The notes under the pieces: model-generated | The model's database searches: none | Told to the model about the DNA's origin: nothing | The model's input: the letters and a program-made list of their open reading frames with translations, nothing else | Shown: one piece after another, positions 30,423 through 41,219 of the stretch | Position numbering within the stretch: position 1 is the stretch's first letter | How the letters are laid out: each line of letters opens with the position of its first letter | Assembly (NCBI GenBank): GCA_042408215.1 | Contig: JAYFMW010000017.1 | Location: forward strand, 160,001 to 224,000 | From: Microcoleus sp. | Lineage (GTDB): Bacteria; Cyanobacteriota; Cyanobacteriia; Cyanobacteriales; Microcoleaceae | Length of the DNA stretch: 64,000 nucleotides | Reading direction: 5' to 3' | Made by a program: the position numbers and the translations under genes

Positions 30423-31586
30423 ATGGTAACTCAGCCAAAAATAGATCGGCAAATATCCAATCAAGATTCGATTTATGACTTAAATTTGAGTCAAGAAGAT
30501 AACGATGATGAACCTTATGAAAAAGACAGATTGATATATGACCCTGAGAAAATTAATATTTTCACCAAAGAACCAACCATCGAGCAACTCCTAAGAAGAA
30601 TCGATGAGGCAGCTCTTGACTTAGCACCAGACTTTCAGCGCCATGCAAACATCTGGAAAGATGACGCTAAAAGCAGACTGATTGAGTCGATCCTGATTCG
30701 GATTCCATTACCAGCTTTTTATATAGATGCAACTAATGAAGATAAATGGTTAGTTGTGGATGGATTGCAGCGGCTATCTGCTCTCAAGCAATTTATGAGC
30801 GATAAAAAACTGAAGTTACGTGGACTAGAATACTTGATCAATTTAGAAGGCAAAAATTATGATGAAATCGGGCGCAGATACCAGCGTCGAATAGAGGAGA
30901 CTCAGGTGACAGTTTATTTGATTGGAAAAGGTACGCCTCCTGAAGTTAAATATAATATTTTTAAACGGATTAATACAGGTGGATTGCCGATGTCTCCTCA
31001 AGAACTCCGCCATGCTCTCAACCCCGGTAAAGCAACAAAATTTTTAGCTAGGTTGGCTCTTTTACCAGAATTTCAGCAAGTTACTAATATTAGCAAATTG
31101 CGTAAAATGCGGATGGATGACAGAGAGTTTATACTGGGGTTTCTAGCTTTTACACTTACATCTTATCAAGATTATAAAAATGACACAAATGACAACAGGA
31201 ATGTGTTTTTAAGTCGCGCTTTATTTAAGGTAAATAATTTGAATGAAGAACAATTAAATATGACTGAAAAAAAATTCAAAAAATCTATGATTGCAGCGTT
31301 TGAAATTTTCGGTAAAAGTGCTTTTCGTAAAATCTCTCACAATCAAAAGAAGCTGTATCCAATTAACAAAGCATTGTTTGAATGTTGGTCAGTTACTCTC
31401 AGTCAACTTACGGAAGAACAAATTACTGTATTGAAAAAGCAAAAGCAAAAGCAAAATTTAATTGAAAAATTCATCTATTATGTAGATAACGATCCAGATT
31501 TTCTGGCATCTATATCTCAGGCCGCTGACAAAATAGAGTACAGATTTAGAAAAATTGAACAAATAATTAACGAGGTGCTGGCATGA
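30423..31586 (+). CDS. DUF262 (ParB-like) protein, Menshen NsnA-like
   Basis: PDFQR, SRLIESIL, VVDGLQRL and IFKRINTGG motifs. Confidence 0.85.
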   Translation: MVTQPKIDRQISNQDSIYDLNLSQEDNDDEPYEKDRLIYDPEKINIFTKEPTIEQLLRRIDEAALDLAPDFQRHANIWKDDAKSRLIESILIRIPLPAFYIDATNEDKWLVVDGLQRLSALKQFMSDKKLKLRGLEYLINLEGKNYDEIGRRYQRRIEETQVTVYLIGKGTPPEVKYNIFKRINTGGLPMSPQELRHALNPGKATKFLARLALLPEFQQVTNISKLRKMRMDDREFILGFLAFTLTSYQDYKNDTNDNRNVFLSRALFKVNNLNEEQLNMTEKKFKKSMIAAFEIFGKSAFRKISHNQKKLYPINKALFECWSVTLSQLTEEQITVLKKQKQKQNLIEKFIYYVDNDPDFLASISQAADKIEYRFRKIEQIINEVLA

Positions 31587-32731
31587 TTACTTCACTAAAT
31601 TTGCTTAACTTCAAACCTTTTGCAAATCAATTGTTAGAATTCCGAAAGTTGACTTTATTTTCTGGTCTAAATAGCACTGGTAAATCTTCGGTATTGCAAT
31701 CGTTCCTGCTACTGCGACAATCTTATCAACAGGGTTTATTGCCACAAAAAGGGTTGGCGCTTAATGGGGACTTAGTGAAGATTGGTACTGCTCAAGACGC
31801 ACTGTTTGAAGGAGCTAAAGAGGAATTAATTGGTTTTGACATTGTTTGGGAAAACAACAGCAAGGGGGTATGGACTTTTAAATATGACAAAGAGGTAGAT
31901 GTGTTGAACATTGATTCGGAACAAGTTAGTTCAGAAGTGTATCAATCGAATCTTTTTGGTAAGAACTTTCACTACCTTCAGGCAGAACGGATCGGGCCGC
32001 GTCCATTTAATGAAATGTCAGACTACCAAGTACGACAGCTTGACCAACTCGGTATTAAAGGTGAATATACTGCACATTTTCTTTCTGTGAAAGGGGGTCA
32101 AGTTATTCCTAATAGTAGTCTCAGCCATCCTGATGTAAAATCAAAGATTGAACCAGGAGAAGTTCAAGTAAAATCAATGGAGTTGATAGACCAAGTTGAG
32201 GCGTGGATGGGAGAAATTAGTCCGGGTACGCGCCTCAAAATTGACGCCAAATCAGATGTCGATTTGATGATTTTTCAATATTCCTATGGAGATAGCAATC
32301 CTTACCGTGCAACTAATGTGGGATTTGGAATTAGCTACACTTTACCGATTATTGTAGCGGCACTTGCATCAACACCTGGTACAATAATTTTAATTGAAAA
32401 TCCTGAAGCGCATCTCCATCCCAAAGGACAAGTTAAAATGGGTGAATTGTTAGCTTTGGCGGCTAGCGGTGGTGTTCAAGTTGTGATAGAAACTCATAGC
32501 GATCATGTTTTAAATGGGATTCGCCTTGCGGTTCACGGGGGGAAACTTGACCCGAAAGATGTTCAGTTGCATTACTTCCAGCGTCAAAATAAAGAAGGAC
32601 AAGCCGTGACTGAAGTAATATCGCCAAAAATCGATCGCAACGGACGAATCGATCGCTGGCCCGATGGTTTTTTTGATGAGTGGGATAACAGCTTGGAGAT
32701 TTTGTTGGAACCTGCGGTGGAAGGAGAATAA
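31583..32731 (+). CDS. AAA/ABC ATPase with DUF3696 C-terminus, Menshen NsnB-like
   Basis: GLNSTGKS, NVGFGISY, IENPEAHLHP, ETHSDH and WPDGFFD motifs. Confidence 0.85.
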   Translation: MITSLNLLNFKPFANQLLEFRKLTLFSGLNSTGKSSVLQSFLLLRQSYQQGLLPQKGLALNGDLVKIGTAQDALFEGAKEELIGFDIVWENNSKGVWTFKYDKEVDVLNIDSEQVSSEVYQSNLFGKNFHYLQAERIGPRPFNEMSDYQVRQLDQLGIKGEYTAHFLSVKGGQVIPNSSLSHPDVKSKIEPGEVQVKSMELIDQVEAWMGEISPGTRLKIDAKSDVDLMIFQYSYGDSNPYRATNVGFGISYTLPIIVAALASTPGTIILIENPEAHLHPKGQVKMGELLALAASGGVQVVIETHSDHVLNGIRLAVHGGKLDPKDVQLHYFQRQNKEGQAVTEVISPKIDRNGRIDRWPDGFFDEWDNSLEILLEPAVEGE

Positions 32732-32734
32732 GCG

Positions 32735-33676
32735 ATGGATTTGGAGATGGTGTTTAATGAAATGTCCGCGCGAAATCTTGCTCCTGATATTTCTACAGCA
32801 CAACAATGGATGTCAGAATTGATTATGACGATGCGTGAAGCTAAAAGCTCTGGGCTGAAGGGCATTCGCATTCAAAAAGATTTTCATGCTATGATACTTG
32901 CAGAAAACTATCCTCTTTCTCGTTGGCGTAATGATAATGATGTTAATAGAGATGAGCGGAGATTTCTGCTAGCGCTGGCAACTAAGACTCCTTTATCCGT
33001 TGACATTTCTGATGTAAAAATTCACATAAAAGTTGAAAATCCAGATTGTGAATTGAGCTTACAGGGTAGCCAAGCACAAGGCTTTAAGGTTGCTTATTAC
33101 CTTGAAACATTGGCAATTAGTCTGCATTCAGAATCTCTGTGGAATAGCAGTTGCATCAAATTAGAACTGATACAAATTGATGAGAATGGGGAGCTGATAG
33201 AAGAAAGTGTAGAGGTTCTTCATGCTAGTCAGAAAAACCATGTTCTCGAACACGCTAATTGGATTCAGAAACGTCAGCAAACAGGGGTGGCTGACGGTTT
33301 AGAGCTTTGGAACCGTCGAGGTGAGTTATTTTCCAGCCTGGAATTTTGCGATCGCGTTAGCGAACAAATACAAAGCCTTATCGATCCCAAAATGTTACGA
33401 CAAGTTGTCAGAAAGTTATTTGAGCTAGATGAATTATCCAAAAATTGGACAGATGGATCGCTGAATTTAGATAATCTTCCTAGTAAGGTCTCTCCAGAGA
33501 GTGAGTCAAGACTTAAGCAGTTTAGAGAGCAACTAAATACTCAGTGTCTGGACGGAAAAAAACGTATTTTTAGTTTGCACATCCGCATGACACCGGGAGC
33601 TTGGCGACTCCATTTCTGCACGGAATTAGGGCCGGGAAAGATAATCATTGGGTATATCGGCCCCAAAATAGAATAA
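32735..33676 (+). CDS. Hypothetical protein with RelE-like C-terminal domain, Menshen NsnC-like
   Basis: Third gene of a tight operon; C-terminal FSLHIR...WRLHF...IIIGYIG pattern. Confidence 0.6.
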   Translation: MDLEMVFNEMSARNLAPDISTAQQWMSELIMTMREAKSSGLKGIRIQKDFHAMILAENYPLSRWRNDNDVNRDERRFLLALATKTPLSVDISDVKIHIKVENPDCELSLQGSQAQGFKVAYYLETLAISLHSESLWNSSCIKLELIQIDENGELIEESVEVLHASQKNHVLEHANWIQKRQQTGVADGLELWNRRGELFSSLEFCDRVSEQIQSLIDPKMLRQVVRKLFELDELSKNWTDGSLNLDNLPSKVSPESESRLKQFREQLNTQCLDGKKRIFSLHIRMTPGAWRLHFCTELGPGKIIIGYIGPKIE

Positions 33677-33859
33677 TTTACAGAAAATTTCCCATCGCAA
33701 ATCCCACTAAACAGACATCTCATAAAAATCAACTCACCCTGCATTTCATCTGCGTCAATCTGCGTCGATCAGAATTTATCTGCGGTGAAAAATCCAAATT
33801 ATGCTAAACTATTAACAACCCTAGAATACAAGATCTAAATATTTCAAACTGGTGCGAGT

Positions 33860-35137
33860 ATGATAAATTACTGGATAGTCGGCGCTTTGGCAATAGCTTC
33901 TGTCTTCTGGGCAGAAATAATCCGAGACTTTTATCACGTCGCCTCCCATTATTGGCCACCGCTGTACAAGCTACACTCTTGGCACCACCGCGTTTTCCGC
34001 CCGAATTTGACCCCCGTTAGCGAGACAATTTACAAGCAAGCACACTGGCGTAACGACGTGCCCGAAGCTGTGGTAATGATGGTTTTTGGCTTGTTGCTGT
34101 GGGTTGTAGCCTATTTCTGGATGCCGGAATATCACTGGGGTGCAGCAGCGGGTTGTGTTTATACTTTAGGCTTTTTGTTAAGTGCGATCGCCCGTGGTTG
34201 CGGCATCAAAGGTGCAGACGAACTAACCGACATCACCCACCAGCCGGGAGACTTCCTCACTCCGCCTTCCCAATGGTTTGTGAATAAACCTTACCACTGG
34301 CGGCATCACTTCGACAATCAAAATGCTTACTATTGCGGTACTTTCACCTTAATAGACAAACTCATGGGCACTGCACTTTCTCTTAAAGGCAAAACTGTAG
34401 CCGTCACCGGTGCATCGGGAACTTTAGGACATTTGCTGTTAAAACACCTCCACCAAGCGGGTGCAAAAGCGATCGCCCTCACCTCGGGAAATCAAACAAT
34501 TACTTTGAATCTTGACGGGGAAATTTTGCCGATAAAAACCATAAATTGGCAAATAAGTCAAGAGGCAGACTTAGCAGAATTGTTAGAAAAAGTCGATATT
34601 CTCGTCATTAATCACGGGATTAATGTGCAGGGTTCAAGAACCGGAGAGGCGATCGCCAACTCCTACGAAATCAACACTTTTTCCGCGTTGCGGCTGATGG
34701 AACTCTTTTTCCTAACCGTCCGTACTAACGAAAACATAGCCAACAAAGAAGTTTGGGTCAACACCTCAGAAGCCGAAGTAATTCCCGCTCTCAGTCCCCT
34801 CTACGAACTTAGCAAACGCGCCTTGGGAGACTTAGTAACCCTGCGGCGACTGGATGCACCTTGCATAGTCCGCAAACTAATTTTAGGGCCGTTTAAAAGC
34901 AACTTAAATCCGATCGGCATCATGTCTCCAGATTGGGTAGCCCAGCAAATTGTCAAACAAGCTAAAGCCGATGCCCGCAATATCATCGTGACAATCAATC
35001 CTTTGACATTTATACTGTTTCCTGTCAAAGAATTTTTTGTTTCTCTCTATTTTCAAATTTTCAGCCGCCAAGCTGCTTCAGAAATCAAGAAAGCTGCGAC
35101 ATCTGAAAAATCCAGTGTTGGTGCAAAGATTAATTGA
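33860..35137 (+). CDS. Bifunctional sterol desaturase / short-chain dehydrogenase
   Basis: His boxes (HSWHH, HWRHH) plus TGASGTLG and YELSK motifs. Confidence 0.88.
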   Translation: MINYWIVGALAIASVFWAEIIRDFYHVASHYWPPLYKLHSWHHRVFRPNLTPVSETIYKQAHWRNDVPEAVVMMVFGLLLWVVAYFWMPEYHWGAAAGCVYTLGFLLSAIARGCGIKGADELTDITHQPGDFLTPPSQWFVNKPYHWRHHFDNQNAYYCGTFTLIDKLMGTALSLKGKTVAVTGASGTLGHLLLKHLHQAGAKAIALTSGNQTITLNLDGEILPIKTINWQISQEADLAELLEKVDILVINHGINVQGSRTGEAIANSYEINTFSALRLMELFFLTVRTNENIANKEVWVNTSEAEVIPALSPLYELSKRALGDLVTLRRLDAPCIVRKLILGPFKSNLNPIGIMSPDWVAQQIVKQAKADARNIIVTINPLTFILFPVKEFFVSLYFQIFSRQAASEIKKAATSEKSSVGAKIN

Positions 35138-35190
35138 CAAACAAGAAACCCGGTTTCTGGAAAAAACCGGGTTTCTTAAAGTGAATTAAA

Positions 35191-35790
35191 CTAATTACTT
35201 ACTTCAGACATTTCAATGACGCGACCATCATAATCCTTGATCAAAAAATTCAGCGGTTTTTCCCGACGAATTTTATATTTAATGCCGCGAGTTTGTACGC
35301 GCATCAATAGCTGATCCAAACAATCGCGATCGAAACAAACGTGACGCTGGCGATTTTTTTCCCCCGAAAGAGCCCCGCTAATTACGTGCAGTTGGGTATT
35401 TTTCATTAACTGATACCACAAACCCTCCGAAGTGCCCATAGTTTGAGAGCTAGTCGCCCTCCCGACATTCGGCGACAAATATAGCGGATCAATGCCAGTT
35501 GTCCCCAAGGTTTGCTCGTAGTTGTAGTAGTAGTGCAGCGGCACCTCTGCTACTGGTAAGTCTAACATCCCCTCGTAGAACTGCCGAGCTTGCCCCAGAT
35601 CCGATACCATAATTGTGTGTACCTTCGGAGCACTGGTCAGGAACATCCACATCGCCCCCGCATAGGCGGCCAGCAGCATCACCATAATGCCTTGAGTCGA
35701 AAACAAGCTGTCCAGCGGCAGCCCGGGCAAAAAAGAACTTAAGTGCAAAGGTACAAGTGCAAAAGCATTAACACTAACTTCTAGGGTCAT
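35191..35790 (-). CDS. Glyoxalase/VOC-like domain protein
   Basis: HTIMVSDL..ARQFYE, HVCF and DYDGRVIE motifs. Confidence 0.8.
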   Translation of the reverse strand: MTLEVSVNAFALVPLHLSSFLPGLPLDSLFSTQGIMVMLLAAYAGAMWMFLTSAPKVHTIMVSDLGQARQFYEGMLDLPVAEVPLHYYYNYEQTLGTTGIDPLYLSPNVGRATSSQTMGTSEGLWYQLMKNTQLHVISGALSGEKNRQRHVCFDRDCLDQLLMRVQTRGIKYKIRREKPLNFLIKDYDGRVIEMSEVSN

Positions 35791-36012
35791 GAATTATAAG
35801 AAAGGGTAAACAACGAAATTTATGAAGATTGTAGTCGCAGTCGCGATCGAGACTTAAACTATTAGACTAGCCATATATAGCAACCTTCTGGGTAATTAGG
35901 AGGTTTTCATTACTGAAACCATTGATTTTATTGCATTTTCCTTCTTCCGACTTCCATCGGACTTCTTCCTTCTGGTATATGTTAGCAAAAACTAGCCCTT
36001 AGACCCCGCCCC

Positions 36013-36414
36013 ATGAAAGTCTTTGTCTACGGCACCCTCAAACCCGGTGAGTGCAACTACCTGCGCTATTGCGAAGGAAAGGTTGTGGATGCTTGCCCTG
36101 CGATCGCCCGTGGTCAGCTTTTTGCCTTGCCCGCAGGCTATCCTGCTATGATTTCTGGGGAAGGAAGAGTCTACGGTTTTCTCCTGTGTTTTGCCGACTC
36201 GGCTATTTTGGATGATTTAGACCGACTTGAAGATTATCATCCTGGGCGATCGCCCGCACAAAACGAATATCAGCGACAGGAAATCGAAATCTTCGATCTC
36301 AACTTCCAACCTTTAGGCACGGCTTGGGCTTACTTCATGTTACCCGATCGCGTTCGTTCTCTGGGAGGCATCTCCCTGCCCTACGGGACGTGGGTAAATT
36401 TATTTTTTACCTGA
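36013..36414 (+). CDS. Gamma-glutamylcyclotransferase family protein
   Basis: VFVYGTLK and LDRLE motifs. Confidence 0.88.
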   Translation: MKVFVYGTLKPGECNYLRYCEGKVVDACPAIARGQLFALPAGYPAMISGEGRVYGFLLCFADSAILDDLDRLEDYHPGRSPAQNEYQRQEIEIFDLNFQPLGTAWAYFMLPDRVRSLGGISLPYGTWVNLFFT

Positions 36415-37009
36415 TTTGGCATTTCGAGGCTATGGGGGCGCTGACAGCGAATCAACGGGAATGAGGACAAATCTCTTTAACCCGTCGGGGGTTAAAACCC
36501 CCGTCTAACAGCGAAAGTCGGTTTTAACCGACTGAAAAGTTGAGATCAAAAGGTTTTGAGTGGTACATTTACGCGATAGATATCAGACATTGGGGACAAT
36601 CCCGACATCTAAAAACACCTCGATAGCATCATCTGTGAGGATGAAGGGCGTACCCTTCATGAGCTTTCAACATTATGTTAAAAGCGCTGAAAGTTTGATA
36701 GCTACAGATATCGTTTTAAGAGTTTATTGGCTCAACCCAACTATGCTTCGATATTTGCTTTACGGGAGTTTTTCCAGGGGTCTTCAGTTTACCGAGCCTC
36801 GCCTGATACCTGGTATATAGGTAACGGTAGCCATCCATACTTCTACTAAACCCGCGCTGTACTGATTCTACCTGAACATCCTAATTAATTGTCAAGTTTC
36901 CCTACCGTCGGTTTGTCTTAAATGTCTCAATTGTCTCCAAAAGTTAACTAAACCCTGTACTAGCAAAATGTCCTCCTAGGGAGGAGTAATTCTCATTGAT
37001 ATTTTGCAA

Positions 37010-37585
37010 TTACTTGCGAGGAATTTCTACACCAGACTTGGGAATCTCCACCACCGATGCATTCACCCCAAGCATCAAATCATTAGGATTAATAATCTCA
37101 ACGACAGGTTCGTTCAACGCCACCATCAAATCATCAGAACCAGATTGAGCAAACTGGGGAGCAAACAATTGGCGGCCACCAGCGACACCTGACACAACCG
37201 CAACCAACAAAGCTGCGATCGCACATCCACCCCAAACCATCACCCGTTTCGGCTTACGTTCAACCCGCTGCAAAACCTTCGCCACCAACTCCTGCGCTGA
37301 TTGTTCGCTCTTCGGCACCGGCATAGACTGAAAACTCTGCTGCATACTTAGAAGTCGCGAGTACAAACGCTTCGTCACAGGGTCATTGGCCAGCCATTCA
37401 TCCACTTGTCGGCGTTCGGCCGCCGTCACTTCACCGTCGAGATAGGCACTAAGCAGTTCAAAACGATCGCGCATCATAGTAGTTACGTTCCCCTGGGGAC
37501 GATTGTTGTTAGCTAAATTTTCAGCGAGTGCATCCCCGATACCTTGCTGATTCTGATTTTTATCTGATTCAAAGTTAAAATTCAT
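37010..37585 (-). CDS. Anti-sigma factor (zf-HC2-like N-domain, single TM)
   Basis: RFELLSAYLDGE motif, one TM helix, downstream of the ECF sigma gene. Confidence 0.85.
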   Translation of the reverse strand: MNFNFESDKNQNQQGIGDALAENLANNNRPQGNVTTMMRDRFELLSAYLDGEVTAAERRQVDEWLANDPVTKRLYSRLLSMQQSFQSMPVPKSEQSAQELVAKVLQRVERKPKRVMVWGGCAIAALLVAVVSGVAGGRQLFAPQFAQSGSDDLMVALNEPVVEIINPNDLMLGVNASVVEIPKSGVEIPRK

Positions 37586-37676
37586 ATTTCACACCATCTG
37601 CTCAAATTACCGAAAGCACGCGATCGCCAGCAGCCTGATTTACTGCCGATCTATATTTTAAAATAGAAGTTTTGAT

Positions 37677-39037
37677 TTGACACTCCTCGGCTATCAGGCA
37701 CTCTTGATTCTTGGTTCAATCAGTCGGCTTGCCCGCTGATGCTACCACCAACGAGTAGAGGTCGTTCTGTCCCCAAGCGTTAATTCCGGTGTGCCCCACC
37801 GTATTTAAACTTAAATTAATTCCTGATTGCTTCAATCCTTTTGCCAGAATATTCAGAGCTGCATTGTGGTCACGGTCTAGAACAGTGCCACAACTGCAAA
37901 CATGAGTCCTGGTTGACAGCGTTTTTTTGACAGTATTGCCACAGGCTGAACAATCCTGGGAAGTGTACTGAGGAGCAACAGCAACTACTGTTTTACCGTA
38001 CACTTTTCCAAAATATTGCAACCATTGAGCAAACTGTGACCAAGCTGCATCGCTAATTGATTTAGCAAGCTTATGATTTTTTACCATATTCCGCACATGA
38101 AGGTCTTCGTAGGCTACGAAATCACTAGATTTCACTACGCACAACGCCGTCTTGATGGCGAAGTCTTTACGCTGCCGACTGACTTTTAGGTGTTTCTTTC
38201 CTAACTTGTTAATTGCCTTCTTACGATTACTAGAACCTTTCTTTTTCCGAGAAACTCGTTTCTGTGTTCGTTTTAAAGCTTTTTCGTTTTTACGGAGATG
38301 TCGAGGGTTGGGAACCGTGTTACCGTCACTATCGGTGTAGAAATGGTTTAAGCCCACGTCCAGTCCTACGGCTTTGCCAGTAGAAACAAATTCCTCTGTC
38401 CGTTCCACGTTGATACAAAATTGGGCGAAATAACCATCGGCACGACGAACTATCCTGATTCGCTTAATCTTGTCAGGTGCATAAAAGTGCAAATCTCGAC
38501 TACCGATTAACTTGAACTTTCCAGCAGCGAAGCCGTCTTTAAACGTCAAGCATCTTTTGTCGTTAGAAAGCGACCAACCGGACTGTTTGTACTCTACGGA
38601 ACGGGTGTGTTTCTTAAACTGCGGGTATCCTTTTTTTCCTGGTTTTTGGGCTTGGCAATTTGAGAAAAAACGTTGGATAGCAAAAATGGTACGTTCCGCC
38701 GAAGCTTGACGTGCCGTTGAGTTAAGCTTACCCGCCCATTCAAACTCTTTCGCCATGATGGCGCATTGTTTGTATAGATCGACTAACTTAACTACTTGAT
38801 TATCGATCCAGTGTCTAAGAGTTTTGTTTCGGACAAATTGCGCTGTGCGGATCATTTCGTCGATAATCCGATATTGCTGCGATTTGCCTTTTAATTTCAA
38901 CTCTAGTACAATCATGCTATTATTCTCTCGTTTTTGCAGAGCATTGTATTCACAAAGTGCATATATTTAAGAATTGTTTACACTTTGTAGAAATTAAAGC
39001 CGTCCTAGAAGAACGGGGCTTTAGACCCATGTTTTTG
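37677..39037 (-). mobile_element. IS1341-like element (tnpB only), preceded by TTTAC
   Basis: Left end TTTAC|CAAAAACATGGG..CCGTTCT-TCT-AGGACGG; right end ...GAGGAGTGTCAA. Confidence 0.88.
37716..38915 (-). CDS. tnpB: RNA-guided endonuclease TnpB
   Basis: GLDVG, AYEDL, CSAC/CSC and DRDHNAA; D-E-D triad intact. Confidence 0.95.
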   Translation of the reverse strand: MIVLELKLKGKSQQYRIIDEMIRTAQFVRNKTLRHWIDNQVVKLVDLYKQCAIMAKEFEWAGKLNSTARQASAERTIFAIQRFFSNCQAQKPGKKGYPQFKKHTRSVEYKQSGWSLSNDKRCLTFKDGFAAGKFKLIGSRDLHFYAPDKIKRIRIVRRADGYFAQFCINVERTEEFVSTGKAVGLDVGLNHFYTDSDGNTVPNPRHLRKNEKALKRTQKRVSRKKKGSSNRKKAINKLGKKHLKVSRQRKDFAIKTALCVVKSSDFVAYEDLHVRNMVKNHKLAKSISDAAWSQFAQWLQYFGKVYGKTVVAVAPQYTSQDCSACGNTVKKTLSTRTHVCSCGTVLDRDHNAALNILAKGLKQSGINLSLNTVGHTGINAWGQNDLYSLVVASAGKPTD

Positions 39038-39089
39038 GTAAAAGCAAACTTCACCAAATCCTCTGTCCCGACGCCTCAAATAAAGGAGA

Positions 39090-39749
39090 CTAATTACCGT
39101 CCAGATAATTTTGCAATTGCAACTGCAATCTTTGGCGAGCTCTAGCAATTCTCGATTTGACCGTTCCCAGAGAAACTCCCGTGATTTCTGCTATTTCCTC
39201 ATAGGCTAAACCTTCAATTTCTCTCAACACGATTGTCGTGCGGAAGACTTCCGGCAAATCCGCGATCGCCACCCGCAACTGGTCGTAAAATTCTCTAGTC
39301 GTCAAATCTTCATCAGGCCCCGGACTATCTGCCGGAATTTCCCAATCCACCTCCCCATCTTCCAGACAACGGGGTACATCCAGCGACAACGGAGTTCGCA
39401 CCCGCTTGCGCTTCCGCAACTCATCATAAAATAAATTTGTGGCAATGCGACTCAGCCAGCCCCTAAATTTAACAGGCTCTTGCAAGCGATTCACATTGCG
39501 ATAAACTCGAATCCAGACTTCCTGAGCCAAATCCGCCCTGTCTTGCCAATCTGGAGCCAAGTGATAGAGAACCCGATCGACATGGGACTGATACCGCTTC
39601 AACAGTTCAGAAAAAGCGCTGCTTTCAGGTCGATTGCCTTCCTGACACCGCAACACCAAGTCATAATTAGAGAGTTTTTCCGCTGGCAATTGCACTCTTT
39701 GAACGGTCGCCACAACCGCAGACCAGGATACTAAAATAAAGTCGCTCAT
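39090..39749 (-). CDS. sigG: ECF RNA polymerase sigma factor (SigG-like)
   Basis: DLAQEVWIRVY, FRGWLSRIATN and GTVKSRIARAR motifs. Start uncertain (39749 or 39773). Confidence 0.85.
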   Translation of the reverse strand: MSDFILVSWSAVVATVQRVQLPAEKLSNYDLVLRCQEGNRPESSAFSELLKRYQSHVDRVLYHLAPDWQDRADLAQEVWIRVYRNVNRLQEPVKFRGWLSRIATNLFYDELRKRKRVRTPLSLDVPRCLEDGEVDWEIPADSPGPDEDLTTREFYDQLRVAIADLPEVFRTTIVLREIEGLAYEEIAEITGVSLGTVKSRIARARQRLQLQLQNYLDGN

Positions 39750-39942
39750 GGGTGGAATTGGCTCATCGAACATTCCACCATTGTTGACGCTGCGCGATCG
39801 TTAAAAGTTCCCAAACAGGTTAAAAGAAGCGAAGAGTGCCAGAGTCGGGCATCGGCCTCATAGGGCATCAGCCTCATAGGGCATTGGAAGCAACCAATAA
39901 CTAATGACTACTGACTACTGACTAATGACTACTGACTACTGA

Positions 39943-40455
39943 CTAATGACTAATTACTTCGCACGCTCCAATACTCACCCAACTGCTAGAACCGTCAGCC
40001 CAATGTTCTTTTTTCCAAATCGGTGCATTGTGTTTCAGTGTGTCTATCCCGTACTGACAAGCTGCAAACGCCTCTCCCCGGTGGGGACAGCCAACAGCCA
40101 CCAATACGCTGATTTCCCCCACCTGCAAGCGTCCGACGCGGTGGTGAATGACAACCCGATTGACATCTGGCCACTGGCGGCGGATTTCAGTGGCGATTTC
40201 CTGGAATACTCGCACCGCCATCGGTTCGTAGGCTTGGTACTCTAGAGAAACTACAGCTTGACCATCTGTTTGGTTGCGGACTGTACCGCTCATTAATACC
40301 ACGGCTCCGTTAGCCGCGTCATCTGCCAAAGTGTAGATTTCCTCTACACATAAAGGAGCTATAGTAATTGCCAAACTGTCTTCACCCAGGCGTTGAGGCA
40401 TCCTGTCGTTAGCGAAGCCCTCGTAGAGGAGCGAAATTGCAGCGCCAGAGTTCAT
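39943..40455 (-). CDS. moaE: Molybdopterin synthase catalytic subunit
   Basis: GTVR, LEYQAY, HRVG, HRGEAF and PIWKKE motifs. Start uncertain. Confidence 0.92.
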   Translation of the reverse strand: MNSGAAISLLYEGFANDRMPQRLGEDSLAITIAPLCVEEIYTLADDAANGAVVLMSGTVRNQTDGQAVVSLEYQAYEPMAVRVFQEIATEIRRQWPDVNRVVIHHRVGRLQVGEISVLVAVGCPHRGEAFAACQYGIDTLKHNAPIWKKEHWADGSSSWVSIGACEVISH

Positions 40456-41219
40456 GATCTCGAAATAGTGCTGGGGAACTAAGTTGATATTGACACAAAG
40501 CCAGTCGAATTCGATTTAGGATGGTTGCTCGATCGCCTGATTGCCGATCTAACTGTAACACATCAATCAGTAACTGGACACAAACAATTAAGATCATTCC
40601 GAGGGACCGCCAGCAATAACACACCCCAAGCGATTGATTTATTTCCTTTGTGATGACACAGTTACCTTTAATAGTGGCTTCCGATTTATCCGCCTCGCCC
40701 AAGACTTTGAGCCGTAAATGTAAACTTTCTTGGTTTTTTTAGTCCGAAAAGCTGATTCAATGACATGATGTATCAGTGCAGGATTCAGAAAAACTGGCGA
40801 ATCTTCGCCACAAGCAAGACCCTAACGTTGTCTTCTGCTTTCTGGGGTACATCAAGTTAATGGTTTTGGCTGTTGACCTATAGTAAACGAATTTTTGTAA
40901 ATTCCGATCGCTTCGACTTCGCGATCGTGACCAGCGGTAGAAATTGGTATGTCATAGGACGGGCTACCGTTTAAAATGACCGCGTTGAAGCATCGGACTT
41001 TTAAGAAAGTTTCTTCGTCAAGCGCAACGGCTCAGCCTCCAACACTTCGACACTTCGACTTCGCTCTGTTACCGTTTTTATATAGCGCTTTCAATATTTT
41101 GTTGAAAGCTTTGAGAGATACCTTCCTATCCGTCAGGCTAAAAGATTGATAGATCTGCCATACACAGTAGATTTAGGCGCAATCCTCGATTTACCGGGTT
41201 AAATGTATCTGTTAATTAT

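Noticed and set aside
36420..37000. ORF 36560-36820 or a decayed gene in this intergenic region
   Set aside because: No recognisable motifs in the frames I translated; only a REP-like repeat at about 36483-36535.
28859..38915. The two canonical TnpBs (28859-30034 and 37716-38915) as nuclease-dead TldR repressors
   Set aside because: Both retain the D-E-D catalytic residues and transposon ends.
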